A DNA stretch of 64,000 nt. It comes from Isurus oxyrinchus. Taxonomy: Eukaryota. The first letter of the stretch is position 1, and each line of letters starts with the position of its first letter. Positions 63,961 through 64,000 of the stretch are shown here, piece by piece. Under the pieces are notes generated by a model. The model was not told the origin of the DNA. It saw only the letters and a program-made list of their open reading frames with translations, and made no database searches. The position numbers and the translations under genes were made by a program. The stretch lies in the NCBI GenBank assembly GCA_026770705.1, contig JANJGN010000036.1, positions 2,418,001-2,482,000 of the forward strand, given 5' to 3'.

Positions 63961-64000
63961 ATCAGAGAATGATTACAGCAAAGAAGGAGGCCATTCAGCT

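Overview
Vertebrate genomic DNA, almost certainly from a cartilaginous fish (shark-type CR1/L2 LINEs, Deu-domain and tRNA-type SINEs, shark-type GPR139-like GPCR, cluster-type Ig light chain). It is an immune-gene region. (1) At the left end, on the minus strand, is an unrearranged Ig light-chain cluster: octamer promoter, leader, V with 12-RSS, and one J with 23-RSS about 0.39 kb away. It is most like sigma-cart/type I; the C exon lies outside the window. (2) 2-30 kb is mostly retroelement debris, an L2-derived minisatellite and a near-identical 5.5-kb tandem duplication. (3) A frameshifted GPR139-like pseudogene sits at 31.2-33.8 kb. (4) The main finding is at 37.7-62.8 kb: a small family of non-rearranging antigen-receptor-like genes with the layout leader / fused VJ exon / C1 / Cys-stalk+TM / short cytoplasmic exons / terminal PLYAxL exon. 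Gene A (+) can be spliced by hand into an open 339-aa frame with an Arg in the TM and a split YxxM-x6-YxxL (ITAM-like) tail. Gene B (-) is a pseudogene convergent with A. Gene C (-) is only partly in the window, has an uncharged TM and two tandem copies of the YxxL terminal exon. The set looks like a paired activating/inhibitory VJ-C1 receptor cluster next to a rearranging Ig locus. All gene models were derived by eye; no searches were run.
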